DNA of 64,000 nt from the NCBI GenBank assembly GCA_963554245.1, contig CAUVRF010000001.1, positions 4,400 to 68,399 on the forward strand, given 5' to 3'. The translations under genes were made by a program, and so were the position numbers. This document shows, piece by piece, positions 51,863 through 63,107 of the stretch (position 1 is its first letter; each line of letters begins with the position of its first letter). This DNA comes from an uncultured Streptococcus sp. (GTDB lineage Bacteria > Bacillota > Bacilli > Lactobacillales > Streptococcaceae). The notes under the pieces are model-generated. The model saw only the letters and a program-made list of their open reading frames with translations. It did not search any database and was not told where the DNA came from.

Positions 51863-53842
51863 ATGAAAAAAAGCAGAGTATTGGTTGCAGCAGGGGTTGC
51901 CTTATTAGCGACTGGCGTACTAGCTGCCTGCGGTTCTTCTAAATCATCTGATTCAACAGCACCAAAAAATTATGGTTATGTCTATTCAGCTGACCCAGAA
52001 ACGTTGGATTACCTCATTTCAGGGAAACAAAGTACTAAGATTGCCACTTCAAATGGTATTGATGGTCTCTTCACAAATGACAAATATGGGAATTTGACTC
52101 CCGCAGTTGCAGAAGACTGGTCAGTCTCAAAAGATGGTTTGACTTATACCTACAAAATCCGTAAAGGTGTTAAATGGATGACATCTGATGGAGAAGAGTA
52201 CGCTGAAGTAACAGCTAAAGATTTCGTAAATGGTTTGAAACATGCAGCAGATAAGAAATCCGAAGCTCTGTATTTAGCAGAAACTTCTGTTAAAGGATTG
52301 TCTGATTATTTGTCTGGAAATTCAAAAGACTTTTCTACGGTAGGTGTGAAGGCAGTTGATGATTATACTCTTGAGTATACCTTGAACCAGCCAGAACCAT
52401 ATTGGAACTCTAAGATGGCTTACTCAATCTTCTGGCCATTGAACGAAGATTTTGAAAAATCAAAGGGATCAGATTTTGCTAAAGCAACAGATCCTACATC
52501 ATTGCTTTATAATGGTCCGTTCTTGCTAAAAGGTTTGACTACTAAATCTTCTATCGAATTTGCTAAGAATGAGCAGTACTGGGATAAGGATAACGTTCAC
52601 CTTGATAAAGTTACCCTTGCTTTCTATGATGAGTCCGACCAAGAGTCCATTGAGCGTAACTTTACAAGTGGAGCATACAGCTATGCTCGCCTTTTCCCAA
52701 CAAGTTCAAACTACTCTAAGGTAGCAGAAAGTTATAAGGATAATATCTTTTACACTCCATCGGGACCTGGTATTTTTGGTTTAGGTGTCAATATTGACCG
52801 TCAAGGTTACAAATACACTTCTAAGACAACTGATGAAGAGAAGACTTCTACTAAGAAAGCCCTTCTTAACAAAGACTTCCGTCAGGCCTTGAACTTCGCC
52901 TTTGACCGTACTTCTTACTCAGCACAAATCAATGGTAAAGAAGGGGCTCCCCTTGCAGTTCGCAACCTCTTTGTGAAACCTGACTTTGTTTCTGCAGGAG
53001 ACAAAACCTTCGGTGACTTGGTAACTGAAAAGATGGCTACTTATGGTGATGAGTGGAAGAACGTAAACTTTGCTGATGGTCAAGACGGTCTCTTCAATGC
53101 TGATAAAGCCAAAGCTGAATTTGCCAAAGCTAAAACAGCATTGCAAGCAGAAGGTGTGAAATTCCCTATCCACTTGGATATTCCAGTAGACCAAACTGCT
53201 AAGAGCTATATCGCTCGTATTCAATCCTTTAAACAATCCGTTGAAACAGTACTTGGTGAAGATAATGTAGTTATTGATATCCAACAAGTTTCTAAAGATG
53301 AGTTGAACAATATCACCTACTATGCAGCAAGCGCTGCGGCAGAAGATTGGGATCTCTCAGGAGCAGTTGGATGGAATCCAGACTACGAAGATCCATCAAC
53401 TTACCTTGATATCTTGAAAACAACTAATAGCGAGCAAACAAAAACATACATGGGTTACGATGATCCAGCAAATGCAGCAGCTGCACAAGTTGGTTTGAAA
53501 GAATATGATAAGTTAGTTGATGAAGCTGCTAAAGAAACTGACGATTTGAACGCTCGTTATGAAAAATACGCAGCAGCTCAAGCTTGGTTGACAGATAGCT
53601 CTCTCTTCCTTCCTGCTATGTCAGGTAGTGGAGCAGCACCATTCATTTCTCGTGTAGTACCATTCTCTGCGTCATACAGTCAATCTGGAGATAAGGGTTC
53701 AGATGTATACTTCAAGTATATTCAGTTGCAAGACAAGGTTGTAACGAAAGCTGATTACGAACAAGCTCGTGAGAAATGGCTCAAAGAGAAAAAAGAATCA
53801 AACGAAAAAGTTCAAAAAGAATTGACGAATCACGTTAAATAA
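51863..53842 (+). CDS. amiA: Oligopeptide-binding lipoprotein
   Basis: Lipobox LAAC, VSKDGLTYTYKIRKG and WNPDYEDPSTYL motifs. First gene of the ami operon. Confidence 0.92.
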   Translation: MKKSRVLVAAGVALLATGVLAACGSSKSSDSTAPKNYGYVYSADPETLDYLISGKQSTKIATSNGIDGLFTNDKYGNLTPAVAEDWSVSKDGLTYTYKIRKGVKWMTSDGEEYAEVTAKDFVNGLKHAADKKSEALYLAETSVKGLSDYLSGNSKDFSTVGVKAVDDYTLEYTLNQPEPYWNSKMAYSIFWPLNEDFEKSKGSDFAKATDPTSLLYNGPFLLKGLTTKSSIEFAKNEQYWDKDNVHLDKVTLAFYDESDQESIERNFTSGAYSYARLFPTSSNYSKVAESYKDNIFYTPSGPGIFGLGVNIDRQGYKYTSKTTDEEKTSTKKALLNKDFRQALNFAFDRTSYSAQINGKEGAPLAVRNLFVKPDFVSAGDKTFGDLVTEKMATYGDEWKNVNFADGQDGLFNADKAKAEFAKAKTALQAEGVKFPIHLDIPVDQTAKSYIARIQSFKQSVETVLGEDNVVIDIQQVSKDELNNITYYAASAAAEDWDLSGAVGWNPDYEDPSTYLDILKTTNSEQTKTYMGYDDPANAAAAQVGLKEYDKLVDEAAKETDDLNARYEKYAAAQAWLTDSSLFLPAMSGSGAAPFISRVVPFSASYSQSGDKGSDVYFKYIQLQDKVVTKADYEQAREKWLKEKKESNEKVQKELTNHVK

Positions 53843-53908
53843 ATAACTCTCAAGAGAACTTTCTCTCCATGAGGAGAAGGTTCTTTTGGGATTTTAAAAG
53901 GAAACGAT

Positions 53909-55405
53909 ATGAAGAAATATATTTTTATGCGTGTATTGCGTTCATTGTTGTCTATTTTCTTGGTGACAACCTTGACATACACAATTATTTATACGATGGT
54001 TCCTCGAAAATTGATTTTCAAGCAGGATACCAACTATAACAAGATTGCAACGACACCGGATAAGCGGGATAATTATGAAAATACCGTTTATGAACGGATG
54101 GGCTATATCGAGTACTACGATACCAAAGAGTTGCAAGAAAGAGCTAGCACGATGGACTCATCTGTAACAGTGGATGCCAATGATACCAATAAGGCAATCT
54201 ACGAAAAATACATCAACCAACTAGGAAATGGTTGGACACTCGGTGTGTTCTCAGAAAGTGGTCAATTCTATGCTACGCGTGAAATTCCGATTTTCGAACG
54301 TGTTTTCAAATTTTATTCGAACTTGATTGACATTGATCATCCAAACAAGATTCAAGACCCTGAAAATCCAAACTTGCAACGTTATCTTCGTTTTGAAAAT
54401 GACCCTGCTATCGGTTGGTCATTGGTTGGTTCAGGTACCAAACATAAATACCTTTTGTATTTCAACAATCAATTCCCGTTTGTACACCAAAACTTTGTGA
54501 ACATTAACTTGGGTGACTCTTACCCAACTTATGCGAACACGCCAGTGCTTCAAGTTATCACACAAGGTCAAGGACAAACTAAGACATCAGAAGTTCAATT
54601 CCCTACTGGTAAAAAGACTTCGTCTGTAGATATTTACTCTCGTACCTACAAATCTCCAAGTCAAGCAGATGCGCGTGAAATAGCTAACTATGGTAAAGAC
54701 GATCCATATACAGCTACAGAAAGTAACTACCAATATCCATCTATGATTGCAAGCTCAGCTGTTGCTGGTTTGATTGGTTTGATTATTTCTTATGCTATTG
54801 CGATTCCTCTTGGATCTGCTATGGCTCGCCACAAGAATACTTGGATTGACAGCTTCTCAACAGGTGTTCTAACCTTCTTGCTTGCACTTCCAACGATTGC
54901 CTTGGTTTATATCGTTCGCTTGATTGGATCATCTATTGGTCTGCCTGACTCATTCCCTATCTTGGGGGCTGGAGATTGGCGTTCCTATGTCTTGCCAGCA
55001 GTCATTCTAGGTTTGCTGGGAGCACCAAGTACAGCAATCTGGATTCGTCGTTACATGATTGACTTGCAATCTCAGGACTTTGTCCGTTTTGCTCGTGCAA
55101 AAGGTTTATCTGAAAAAGAAATCTCAAATAAACACGTCTTTAAAAATGCCATGGTTCCTTTGGTTTCAGGTATTCCAGGTGCCGTAATCGGGGTTATTGG
55201 TGGTGCAACATTGACAGAAACAGTCTTCGCCTTCCCAGGTATGGGTAAAATGTTGATTGACTCTGTTAAGGCATCAAATAACTCAATGGTAGTTGGTCTC
55301 GTCTTCATCTTTACATGTATTTCTATCTTCTCACTCTTTGTAGGAGATATCTGGATGACTATGCTTGACCCACGTATTAAATTGACAGAGAAAGGAGGCA
55401 AATAA
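53909..55405 (+). CDS. amiC: Oligopeptide ABC permease
   Basis: EAA-like loop FARAKGLSE and [10 protein letters not shown]. Confidence 0.93.
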   Translation: MKKYIFMRVLRSLLSIFLVTTLTYTIIYTMVPRKLIFKQDTNYNKIATTPDKRDNYENTVYERMGYIEYYDTKELQERASTMDSSVTVDANDTNKAIYEKYINQLGNGWTLGVFSESGQFYATREIPIFERVFKFYSNLIDIDHPNKIQDPENPNLQRYLRFENDPAIGWSLVGSGTKHKYLLYFNNQFPFVHQNFVNINLGDSYPTYANTPVLQVITQGQGQTKTSEVQFPTGKKTSSVDIYSRTYKSPSQADAREIANYGKDDPYTATESNYQYPSMIASSAVAGLIGLIISYAIAIPLGSAMARHKNTWIDSFSTGVLTFLLALPTIALVYIVRLIGSSIGLPDSFPILGAGDWRSYVLPAVILGLLGAPSTAIWIRRYMIDLQSQDFVRFARAKGLSEKEISNKHVFKNAMVPLVSGIPGAVIGVIGGATLTETVFAFPGMGKMLIDSVKASNNSMVVGLVFIFTCISIFSLFVGDIWMTMLDPRIKLTEKGGK

Positions 55406-56331
55406 TGTCAACAATCGATAAAGAAAAATTTCAGTTCGTAAAACGTGACGATTTTGCCTCTGAAACAATTGATGCTCCTGCCTATTCATACTGGGGTTCT
55501 GTATTTAGACAATTTCTAAAGAAAAAATCAACCGTCTTTATGCTAGGAATTTTGGTTGCTATTATCTTGATGAGCTTTATTTACCCAATGTTCTCAGATT
55601 TTGACTTCAACGATGTAAGTAAGGTCAATGACTTCTCTGCTCGTTTTATCAAGCCCAATGCTGAACATTGGTTTGGTACAGATAGCAATGGTAAATCCTT
55701 GTTTGATGGGGTTTGGTTTGGTGCGCGTAACTCTATCCTCATCTCTGTAATTGCAACTTTTATCAACCTTGTAATTGGGGTTATTGTTGGTGGAATTTGG
55801 GGAATTTCAAAATCCGTTGACCGTGTCATGATGGAAGTTTATAACATTATTTCAAACATTCCATCTCTCTTGATTGTCATTGTCTTGACTTACTCAATCG
55901 GTGCTGGTTTCTGGAATTTGATTTTTGCAATGAGTGTGACAACTTGGATTGGGATTGCTTATATGATTCGTATCCAAATCATGCGTTACCGTGACTTGGA
56001 ATACAACCTTGCTTCTCAAACACTTGGAACACCAACCTTTAAAATCATCGTTAAAAACATCATGCCACAATTGGTATCTGTTATTGTTTCTACAATGACC
56101 TTGATGTTGCCAAGCTTCATCTCTTATGAAGCCTTCCTTTCCTTCTTTGGATTGGGATTGCCTGTAACAGTACCAAGTTTGGGACGTTTGATCTCAGATT
56201 ACTCACAAAACGTTACGACCAACGCTTACTTATTCTGGATTCCATTGACAACCTTGATCTTGGTATCCCTATCTCTTTTCGTTGTTGGTCAAAACCTAGC
56301 GGATGCTAGTGATCCACGTACACATAGATAG
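55405..56331 (+). CDS. amiD: Oligopeptide ABC permease
   Basis: HWFGTDSNG and [10 protein letters not shown] motifs. Confidence 0.93.
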   Translation: MSTIDKEKFQFVKRDDFASETIDAPAYSYWGSVFRQFLKKKSTVFMLGILVAIILMSFIYPMFSDFDFNDVSKVNDFSARFIKPNAEHWFGTDSNGKSLFDGVWFGARNSILISVIATFINLVIGVIVGGIWGISKSVDRVMMEVYNIISNIPSLLIVIVLTYSIGAGFWNLIFAMSVTTWIGIAYMIRIQIMRYRDLEYNLASQTLGTPTFKIIVKNIMPQLVSVIVSTMTLMLPSFISYEAFLSFFGLGLPVTVPSLGRLISDYSQNVTTNAYLFWIPLTTLILVSLSLFVVGQNLADASDPRTHR

Positions 56332-56339
56332 GAGTAGGC

Positions 56340-57407
56340 ATGATAAAAGGAAAAGATGTAATTTTGACTGCTCGTGATATTGTCGTGGAATTTGACGTTC
56401 GTGACAAAGTTCTGACGGCTATCCGAGGAGTTTCTCTAGACTTGATTGAAGGAGAAGTTCTTGCCTTGGTAGGTGAGTCCGGTTCTGGTAAATCTGTTTT
56501 AACAAAAACCTTTACAGGGATGTTAGAAGACAATGGACGTATTGCCCAAGGAAGCATCGACTATCGTGGACAAGACTTGACCGCTCTAACTTCTAACAAG
56601 GAATGGGAGAAGATTCGTGGTGCTAAAATTGCGACTATCTTCCAAGACCCTATGACAAGTTTGGACCCAATCAATACAATCGGTAGCCAAATCACTGAAG
56701 TTATCATTAAACACCAAGGGAAAACAGCTAAGGAAGCCAAAGAGATGGCAATCGACTATATGAACAAGGTCGGAATCCCAGATGCTGAAAAACGTTTTGA
56801 AGAGTATCCTTTCCAATATTCTGGAGGGATGCGCCAACGTATCGTTATTGCGATTGCCCTTGCTTGTTGCCCAGATATTTTGATCTGTGACGAGCCAACG
56901 ACGGCCCTTGATGTAACCATTCAAGCGCAAATCATTGATTTGCTTAAAACCTTGCAAGATGAGTACCACTTCACCATTATCTTTATCACCCATGACCTTG
57001 GTGTGGTAGCAAGTATTGCGGATAAGGTGGCGGTTATGTATGCTGGGGAAATTGTAGAGTATGGAACGGTTGAGGAAGTCTTCTACGACCCACGTCATCC
57101 ATACACTTGGAGTCTCTTGTCTAGCTTGCCACAGCTCGCTGATGATAAAGGGGAATTGTACTCTATCCCAGGAACACCACCGTCTCTTTATACTGAGTTG
57201 AAAGGTGATGCCTTTGCCCTTCGTTCAGATTATGCGATGCAAATTGACTTTGAACAGAAAGCACCTCAGTTTTCAGTCACTGATACCCACTGGGCTAAGA
57301 CTTGGTTGCTTCATGAGAATGCTCCTAAAGTTGAAAAACCTGGAGTCATTGCAGATTTGCATGACAAGATTCGTGATAAAATGGGCTTTGCTCATCTAGA
57401 AGACTAG
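56340..57407 (+). CDS. amiE: Oligopeptide ABC ATPase
   Basis: [16 protein letters not shown] and DEPTTALD motifs. Confidence 0.93.
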   Translation: MIKGKDVILTARDIVVEFDVRDKVLTAIRGVSLDLIEGEVLALVGESGSGKSVLTKTFTGMLEDNGRIAQGSIDYRGQDLTALTSNKEWEKIRGAKIATIFQDPMTSLDPINTIGSQITEVIIKHQGKTAKEAKEMAIDYMNKVGIPDAEKRFEEYPFQYSGGMRQRIVIAIALACCPDILICDEPTTALDVTIQAQIIDLLKTLQDEYHFTIIFITHDLGVVASIADKVAVMYAGEIVEYGTVEEVFYDPRHPYTWSLLSSLPQLADDKGELYSIPGTPPSLYTELKGDAFALRSDYAMQIDFEQKAPQFSVTDTHWAKTWLLHENAPKVEKPGVIADLHDKIRDKMGFAHLED

Positions 57408-57417
57408 GAGGAAGGAA

Positions 57418-58347
57418 ATGTCTGAAAAATTAGTAGAAATTAAAGATTTAGAAATTTCCTTCGGTGAAGGAAGTAAGAAGTTTGTCGCGGTTAAAAACGC
57501 CAACTTCTTTATCAACAAGGGAGAAACATTCTCTCTTGTAGGTGAGTCTGGTAGTGGGAAAACAACGATTGGTCGTGCCATTATTGGTTTAAATAATACT
57601 AGTAAAGGTGAGATCATATTTGATGGTCATAAAATTAATGGGAAAAAATCTCATAAAGAATCATCAGATTTGATCCGTCGCATCCAGATGATTTTCCAGG
57701 ACCCTGCAGCTAGCTTGAATGAGCGTGCGACAGTTGACTATATCATCTCTGAAGGTCTTTACAACTATCACTTGTTTAAAGATGAAGAAGATCGAAAAGA
57801 AAAAGTTCAAAAGATGATTCATGAAGTTGGGCTTTTGAAAGAACACTTGACCCGTTATCCACACGAGTTTTCTGGTGGTCAACGTCAACGTATCGGGATT
57901 GCCCGTGCCCTTGTGATGGAACCTGATTTCGTTATTGCGGATGAGCCAATTTCAGCCTTGGATGTATCAGTGCGTGCGCAGGTCTTGAACTTGCTCAAGA
58001 AGTTCCAAAAAGAGTTGGGCTTGACCTATCTCTTTATCGCGCATGACTTGTCAGTTGTTCGCTTTATCTCAGATCGTATCGCGGTTATCTATAAGGGGGT
58101 TATCGTCGAAGTGGCGGAGACAGAGGAGTTGTTTAACAATCCTGTCCACCCATACACTCAAGCACTTCTATCTGCTGTACCGATTCCAGATCCAATCTTG
58201 GAACGCAAGAAGGTCTTGAAAGTTTACGATCCTGACCAACATGACTATGAGACAGACAAGCCATCTATGGTAGAAATTCGTCCAGGTCACTATGTTTGGG
58301 CCAATCAAGCAGAACTTGCTCGTTACAAGAAAGCTCTTAAAGAATAA
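57418..58347 (+). CDS. amiF: Oligopeptide ABC ATPase
   Basis: [16 protein letters not shown] and DEPISALD motifs. Confidence 0.93.
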   Translation: MSEKLVEIKDLEISFGEGSKKFVAVKNANFFINKGETFSLVGESGSGKTTIGRAIIGLNNTSKGEIIFDGHKINGKKSHKESSDLIRRIQMIFQDPAASLNERATVDYIISEGLYNYHLFKDEEDRKEKVQKMIHEVGLLKEHLTRYPHEFSGGQRQRIGIARALVMEPDFVIADEPISALDVSVRAQVLNLLKKFQKELGLTYLFIAHDLSVVRFISDRIAVIYKGVIVEVAETEELFNNPVHPYTQALLSAVPIPDPILERKKVLKVYDPDQHDYETDKPSMVEIRPGHYVWANQAELARYKKALKE

Positions 58348-58436
58348 ACAAATTAGGAGAGGACCGAAAGGTCTTCTCATTTTTTATAGAAAAATTTCCC
58401 CTTCTACTAGCTTGTAAAAGGGGAATTGTATTATCA

Positions 58437-59876
58437 TTAGCGTTTAGACCAGGTACGTCTCATAAAGAGTAGCAAAATTGGGTAAATCTCTAAGCGACCT
58501 GCGATCATTGCAAAGGAGAGGAGGATTTTAGAGATGGGACTAAAGATGGAAAAACTCGAGGTTGTACCTAGAATAGGTCCGATATTGTTAAAACAGCTGA
58601 AGACCGCACTGGTCACGACTAGAAAATCATTGCTATCAAGACTGACGATAAAGATGAGAGAGAGAATGATCATCATATAGATAGCAAAATATTTAAGAAT
58701 CTTGTGCTGGGTATCCTTATCAATCACAGTTTTATTGACGTGTAGAGTCAAAACACGGTGAGGAGATAAGGTGGACAAAATCTGATTTTTTGCGATTTTA
58801 GAGAGGATAAGTCCTCTGATCACCTTAAGACCACCTGCAGTTGAGCCTGCTGATCCACCGATTCCCATGAGGAAGAGGAGGATAAATTGGGAGAAGAGGG
58901 GCCAGTTGGTGATATCTCCATAACCAAAACCAGTTGTTGTGATGATATTGGACACCTGGAAGAGGGCCATTTCAAAGCTCTGAGAGACACCTTGGTAGAG
59001 ATGGAGCGTATTGAGAGTAATCAAGCTGGTAGAAACTAGGACAATGATTACATACGTGCGAAGTTCTTCATCACCAAAGAAAGCCTTAACTCGACGGAGC
59101 ATGAGGTAGTAGTAGAGATTGAAGTTAACCCCGAAAACCAGAACTCCGATACTGACGAGATAGGTGATGAGTGAGCTGCCGTAGTGGGCAATCCCGTCGT
59201 TATAGACGGTGAAGCCTCCGGTTCCTGCCGTTCCCATAGCGATGACAAAGCTATCAAATAGGGGCATGCCAGCTAGATAGTAGATGACTACAAAAAGTGA
59301 GAAGAGCCCTAAATAAAGCAGATAGAGAATCTGGGCAGTATTTTTTAGTTTGGATACAACCTTGCCAAAGACAGGCCCAGGGACCTCAGCCTTCATCACC
59401 TCTAAGTGACTGTTCTTGGCATTGTCCATAATGGCAAGCGCGAAGACGAGTACCCCCATCCCTCCAATCAAGTGAGTAAAACTTCGCCAGAAGAGGAGGG
59501 AACGGCTGAGAACGGAGACATCTGTCAGAATGGTTGCTCCTGTAGTTGTAAAACCAGAACTGATTTCAAAGAAGGCATCGATGACACTTGGGATTTGTCC
59601 TGAAAAGACAAAGGGAAGCGCTCCAAAGAAAGACCACAGAATCCAACAGAGGGCGACGATTAAGACTCCTTCCTTAGTATAAATTCGCTGATTTTTGGGT
59701 TTCCGCAAAATTCCCAAGCTACCAAGAAGTATTAAAATTCCAATTGTTGTAAAGAGAGCTGTAAATACTTGGCTGGATTCTTGGTAATAGATTGCTACAC
59801 TAACAGGGACTAGGAGGAGAACCGCCTCAATCAAGAGAAGTTTTGAGAGGAGGTAACGAATCATACTTTTATTCAT
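58437..59876 (-). CDS. trkH: Trk potassium uptake membrane subunit
   Basis: SGFTTTGA, TTTGF, GSTAGGLK and GRLE motifs. Confidence 0.94.
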   Translation of the reverse strand: MNKSMIRYLLSKLLLIEAVLLLVPVSVAIYYQESSQVFTALFTTIGILILLGSLGILRKPKNQRIYTKEGVLIVALCWILWSFFGALPFVFSGQIPSVIDAFFEISSGFTTTGATILTDVSVLSRSLLFWRSFTHLIGGMGVLVFALAIMDNAKNSHLEVMKAEVPGPVFGKVVSKLKNTAQILYLLYLGLFSLFVVIYYLAGMPLFDSFVIAMGTAGTGGFTVYNDGIAHYGSSLITYLVSIGVLVFGVNFNLYYYLMLRRVKAFFGDEELRTYVIIVLVSTSLITLNTLHLYQGVSQSFEMALFQVSNIITTTGFGYGDITNWPLFSQFILLFLMGIGGSAGSTAGGLKVIRGLILSKIAKNQILSTLSPHRVLTLHVNKTVIDKDTQHKILKYFAIYMMIILSLIFIVSLDSNDFLVVTSAVFSCFNNIGPILGTTSSFSIFSPISKILLSFAMIAGRLEIYPILLLFMRRTWSKR

Positions 59877-59879
59877 CTT

Positions 59880-61229
59880 TTACCTCTCAATCAGATCATA
59901 AATCTTGGTGATATTTGGTAGTAAGGTCGTCACGAGTAACTGATCTCCTACCTCAAGTCTATCCTCTCCAGTAGGGAAGATTGTTTTTCCTTTTCGGATA
60001 ATGGCTGCGATGAGAACCCCTTTCTTCAATTTCAGATGTGAAAGAGGTTTGGCAGTCATTTTATTAGCTTCCTTGATTTGGAATTGAAGAGTTTCAATTT
60101 GACCGTTTGCTAGATGGTGCATGGCTTGAAGGTCTGAGTATTGAGCGTTTACTCGACCACGGATAAAGTGCATAATGGTATCCACTGCAATGCTTTTGGG
60201 TGTGATGATACTTGAAAAATCAGGTGCATGGATAATCTCTAAAAGGCTAGTTCGATTCACCTTGGTGATATTCTTATGAACACCAACACGGTCTAAGAAC
60301 ATAGAGGTAATAATGTTTTCCTCATCAACCCCAGTCAAAGTTGCAACTGCATCATAGTTGGGAGCACTTTCCTCAAGCAAGATATCTTTTGCAGTTCCAT
60401 CTCCCTGCACGATATAGAGATTTGGAAATTTTTCACTGAAGAGACGAGCTCTTTCAGGATTAATCTCGATAACTTTAGTGTCAATACGGCTATCTTTTAA
60501 AATGCCAAGTAGGTAATAAGCAATTTTTCCAGCACCAACGATGAGTAAGCTTTTCACTGCACGAGATTTGAAATAGTTATGGAAGAGCATCATATCCACA
60601 CGATTCCCAGTAACAAAAATCCTATCTCTGTCCTGAATGGTGATATCACCGCTCGGAATCATAAGTTGATGGTCTCGTTCCATAGCGCAGACAATGATAT
60701 TGCCAAATTTTTTACGAAAATCTGAGATTGGCATTTGACAGAGACCACTGGAATCTTTGACAACAAACTCCATCAGGTTGACCCGTCCCCCTGAGAACCG
60801 CTCAACTGAGAGTGCATTCGGGAAATCAATGATATTTGAGATAGCACGGGCGGCTAGGAGTTCTGGGTTAACGATAAGTGAAAATCCAAGAATATTTTTC
60901 TCTTTAAAATAGGCATTGGAGTATTCAGGATTTCGCACTCGAACGATGGTTTCTTTAGCGCCCATTTTTTTAGCAAGTACCGCTGAAATCATATTCACTT
61001 CATCGTGTTCCGTTAGAGCGATAAAGATATCACACTCTTGAACGCCGGCTTGCTCTAAGATAGCAAAGTCTGCTCCATTTCCAAGGAGTCCCATGATATC
61101 AAAGCGACTGACAATATGATTGAGAACAGCCTCATCTTGTTCGATGAGGACAACGTCGTGTTTTTCTGCAACCAGTGAACGGCAGAGGGCAAAACCGACT
61201 TTCCCTCCACCAACAAGGACAATTTTCAT
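59880..61229 (-). CDS. trkA: Trk potassium uptake NAD-binding subunit (tandem RCK)
   Basis: GGGKVG and GAGKIA Rossmann motifs, 449 aa. Confidence 0.94.
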   Translation of the reverse strand: MKIVLVGGGKVGFALCRSLVAEKHDVVLIEQDEAVLNHIVSRFDIMGLLGNGADFAILEQAGVQECDIFIALTEHDEVNMISAVLAKKMGAKETIVRVRNPEYSNAYFKEKNILGFSLIVNPELLAARAISNIIDFPNALSVERFSGGRVNLMEFVVKDSSGLCQMPISDFRKKFGNIIVCAMERDHQLMIPSGDITIQDRDRIFVTGNRVDMMLFHNYFKSRAVKSLLIVGAGKIAYYLLGILKDSRIDTKVIEINPERARLFSEKFPNLYIVQGDGTAKDILLEESAPNYDAVATLTGVDEENIITSMFLDRVGVHKNITKVNRTSLLEIIHAPDFSSIITPKSIAVDTIMHFIRGRVNAQYSDLQAMHHLANGQIETLQFQIKEANKMTAKPLSHLKLKKGVLIAAIIRKGKTIFPTGEDRLEVGDQLLVTTLLPNITKIYDLIER

Positions 61230-61469
61230 ATAAAAACCCTACTTTTTCATGACGTAACTATCATACCCTTTTTTCGCAAAAAATGCACTTGCTAAGGCGA
61301 TTTTTAGGGGAAGAAAGGCTTTTTTCAAGTTTTGAAGATACATTTGTTTAACTTCTATGACAATGTCTCCGATTTGAAGTGATTTGGCTCTTTTACCATA
61401 CCTTTTCAGAAAGGGAATAACCAAACATGAAAATATCATCAAAAAAGTAAAAAAATCAAGTCATTTCTA

Positions 61470-61497
61470 TTGACAATGATTCTGAAAGTGTTATACT
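61470..61497 (+). promoter_or_regulatory. Strong sigma-70 promoter
   Basis: TTGACA-16-TATACT with an extended TG. Confidence 0.8.
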
Positions 61498-61502
61498 AAG
61501 GA

Positions 61503-61605
61503 AGTAGTTTCGCTGATTTACTTCAAACCTGTTGTGAGGTAAGTTAACGACGCCTTAACCACGCTGTTTGCTGAGCTTGACTCCGGGCAGTGTGGCTATT
61601 TTTTT
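61503..61605 (+). ncRNA. Putative ~100-nt structured sRNA or leader/attenuator upstream of trmL
   Basis: Promoter directly upstream. Hairpin 1 at 61510-61550, hairpin 2 at 61559-61595, then a T7 tract. Confidence 0.6.
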
Positions 61606-61628
61606 GCAATGATAAAAGGAAACCCGTC

Positions 61629-62132
61629 ATGACAAATCACATTGTATTATTCGAGCCTCAGATTCCACAAAATACAGGTAACATTGCGCGTACTTGCGCT
61701 GCGACCAATTCTCCCCTCCACATCATTAAACCAATGGGCTTTCCCATTGACGACCGAAAGATGAAGCGGGCTGGTTTGGATTACTGGGATAAGCTTGAGA
61801 TTTATTTTTATGACAGCTTGGAAGATTTCATGTCTCAGATGAAAGGACAAGTCTATCTGATTTCGAAATTTGCTGAGAAAGTGTATTCTGAGGTGGATTT
61901 ATCGACTGACGAAGACCACTATTTTCTTTTCGGACGTGAAGACAAGGGGTTGCCAGAGGACTTTATGCGCGAACATCCTGAGAAAGCACTCCGTATTCCT
62001 ATGAACGATGAACACGTCCGCAGTCTCAATGTTTCGAATACCGTCTGCATGATTGTATATGAGGCTCTTCGTCAGCAACATTTTGCTGGTTTAGAGCTCG
62101 TTCACACCTATGAAGCAGATAAATTGAAATAA
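61629..62132 (+). CDS. trmL: tRNA (cytidine/uridine-34-2'-O)-methyltransferase
   Basis: [28 protein letters not shown] and RSLNVSN motifs. Confidence 0.94.
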   Translation: MTNHIVLFEPQIPQNTGNIARTCAATNSPLHIIKPMGFPIDDRKMKRAGLDYWDKLEIYFYDSLEDFMSQMKGQVYLISKFAEKVYSEVDLSTDEDHYFLFGREDKGLPEDFMREHPEKALRIPMNDEHVRSLNVSNTVCMIVYEALRQQHFAGLELVHTYEADKLK

Positions 62133-62173
62133 TCAAAATGCTTGCACTTGCAAGCGTTTTTTGTTATGATTAA

Positions 62174-62390
62174 AGGGTCTTCAGGGCTGGGTGAGATTCC
62201 CGACCGGCGGTGACTTTAACTAGCTATTTTGGCTTACTCTTCGTTGTCTTGTCTCGATATACTCAAGTATTATCTTCGACTGCGACGCCTAGATTAATCC
62301 AAAATATCTTAGTTAAAGAAGTCCGCGAGCGCAAGCTGATGTGGTGCGATTCCACAACCGACAGTATAGTCTGGATGGGAGAAGACGAAA
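62174..62390 (+). ncRNA. FMN riboswitch (RFN element) with a long internal insertion
   Basis: TCTTCAGGGC-GGGTGAGATTCCCGACCGGCGGT...AGTCCGCGAG...GGTGCGATTCC-AACCGACAGTATAGTCTGGATGGGAGAAGA, upstream of ribU. Confidence 0.95.
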
Positions 62391-62543
62391 GAATAGCTTT
62401 GTCTGTTCTGATGAGTTTATAGATGAATTGCAACCGCTTGCTCAAAAGAGTGAGGGGGAACTTTTGGGATATAAAAAGTGAGAATAGATAGAGGGATCCT
62501 TTCCAACTTCTTCTGATTTTATAGAAAATTGGAGGAACCTGTT

Positions 62544-63107
62544 ATGACAAACACACGTCGACTTTCGACCATTGCGATTTTATCAGCCATTTCATTTGTG
62601 CTGATGTACTTTGACTTTCCGCTCTTGCCAGCGGCGGCCTTCCTCAAGATCGAGTTTAGTATCTTGCCAGTCCTTGTGGGCTTGGTGGTGATGGATTTGC
62701 CAGCTGCACTAGGAATCCTCTTGCTTCGCTCACTCTTGAAGTTGCTTCTGAATAGCCAGGGAGTGAATACCTACATTGGTTTGCCAATGAATATCGTAGC
62801 CTTGGGAGTTTTTGTTATCGCCTTTGGTTTGATTTGGAAAAAGGAACGTAGCACTCTTCGTTTCCTACTAGCATCTCTAGCGGGAACTATTGGATTGACT
62901 GCTGCGATGTTGGTTCTCAACTATGTTTATGCTGTTCCTTTGTACGCGCAGTTTGCTAACTTTGATATTGGAAAAATTTTGGGACTTTCCAACTACCTAA
63001 TGACCATGGTTTTACCTTTTAACTTGATTGAGGGTATCATCTTTGCCGTTTCATTCTGGTTGTTATACGTCCTCTTGAAACCAACCTTAAAACATTATGA
63101 GAGATAA
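62544..63107 (+). CDS. ribU: ECF transporter S component, riboflavin-specific
   Basis: LSAISFVLMYFDFP, FLKIEFS and PFNLIEG motifs. Sits under the FMN riboswitch. Confidence 0.92.
   Translation: MTNTRRLSTIAILSAISFVLMYFDFPLLPAAAFLKIEFSILPVLVGLVVMDLPAALGILLLRSLLKLLLNSQGVNTYIGLPMNIVALGVFVIAFGLIWKKERSTLRFLLASLAGTIGLTAAMLVLNYVYAVPLYAQFANFDIGKILGLSNYLMTMVLPFNLIEGIIFAVSFWLLYVLLKPTLKHYER

Noticed and set aside
61239..61442. 67-aa minus-strand ORF upstream of trkA, or an MKK mini-uORF
   Set aside because: No convincing RBS or recognisable motif, and it overlaps the probable trkA promoter. It cannot be supported from sequence alone.
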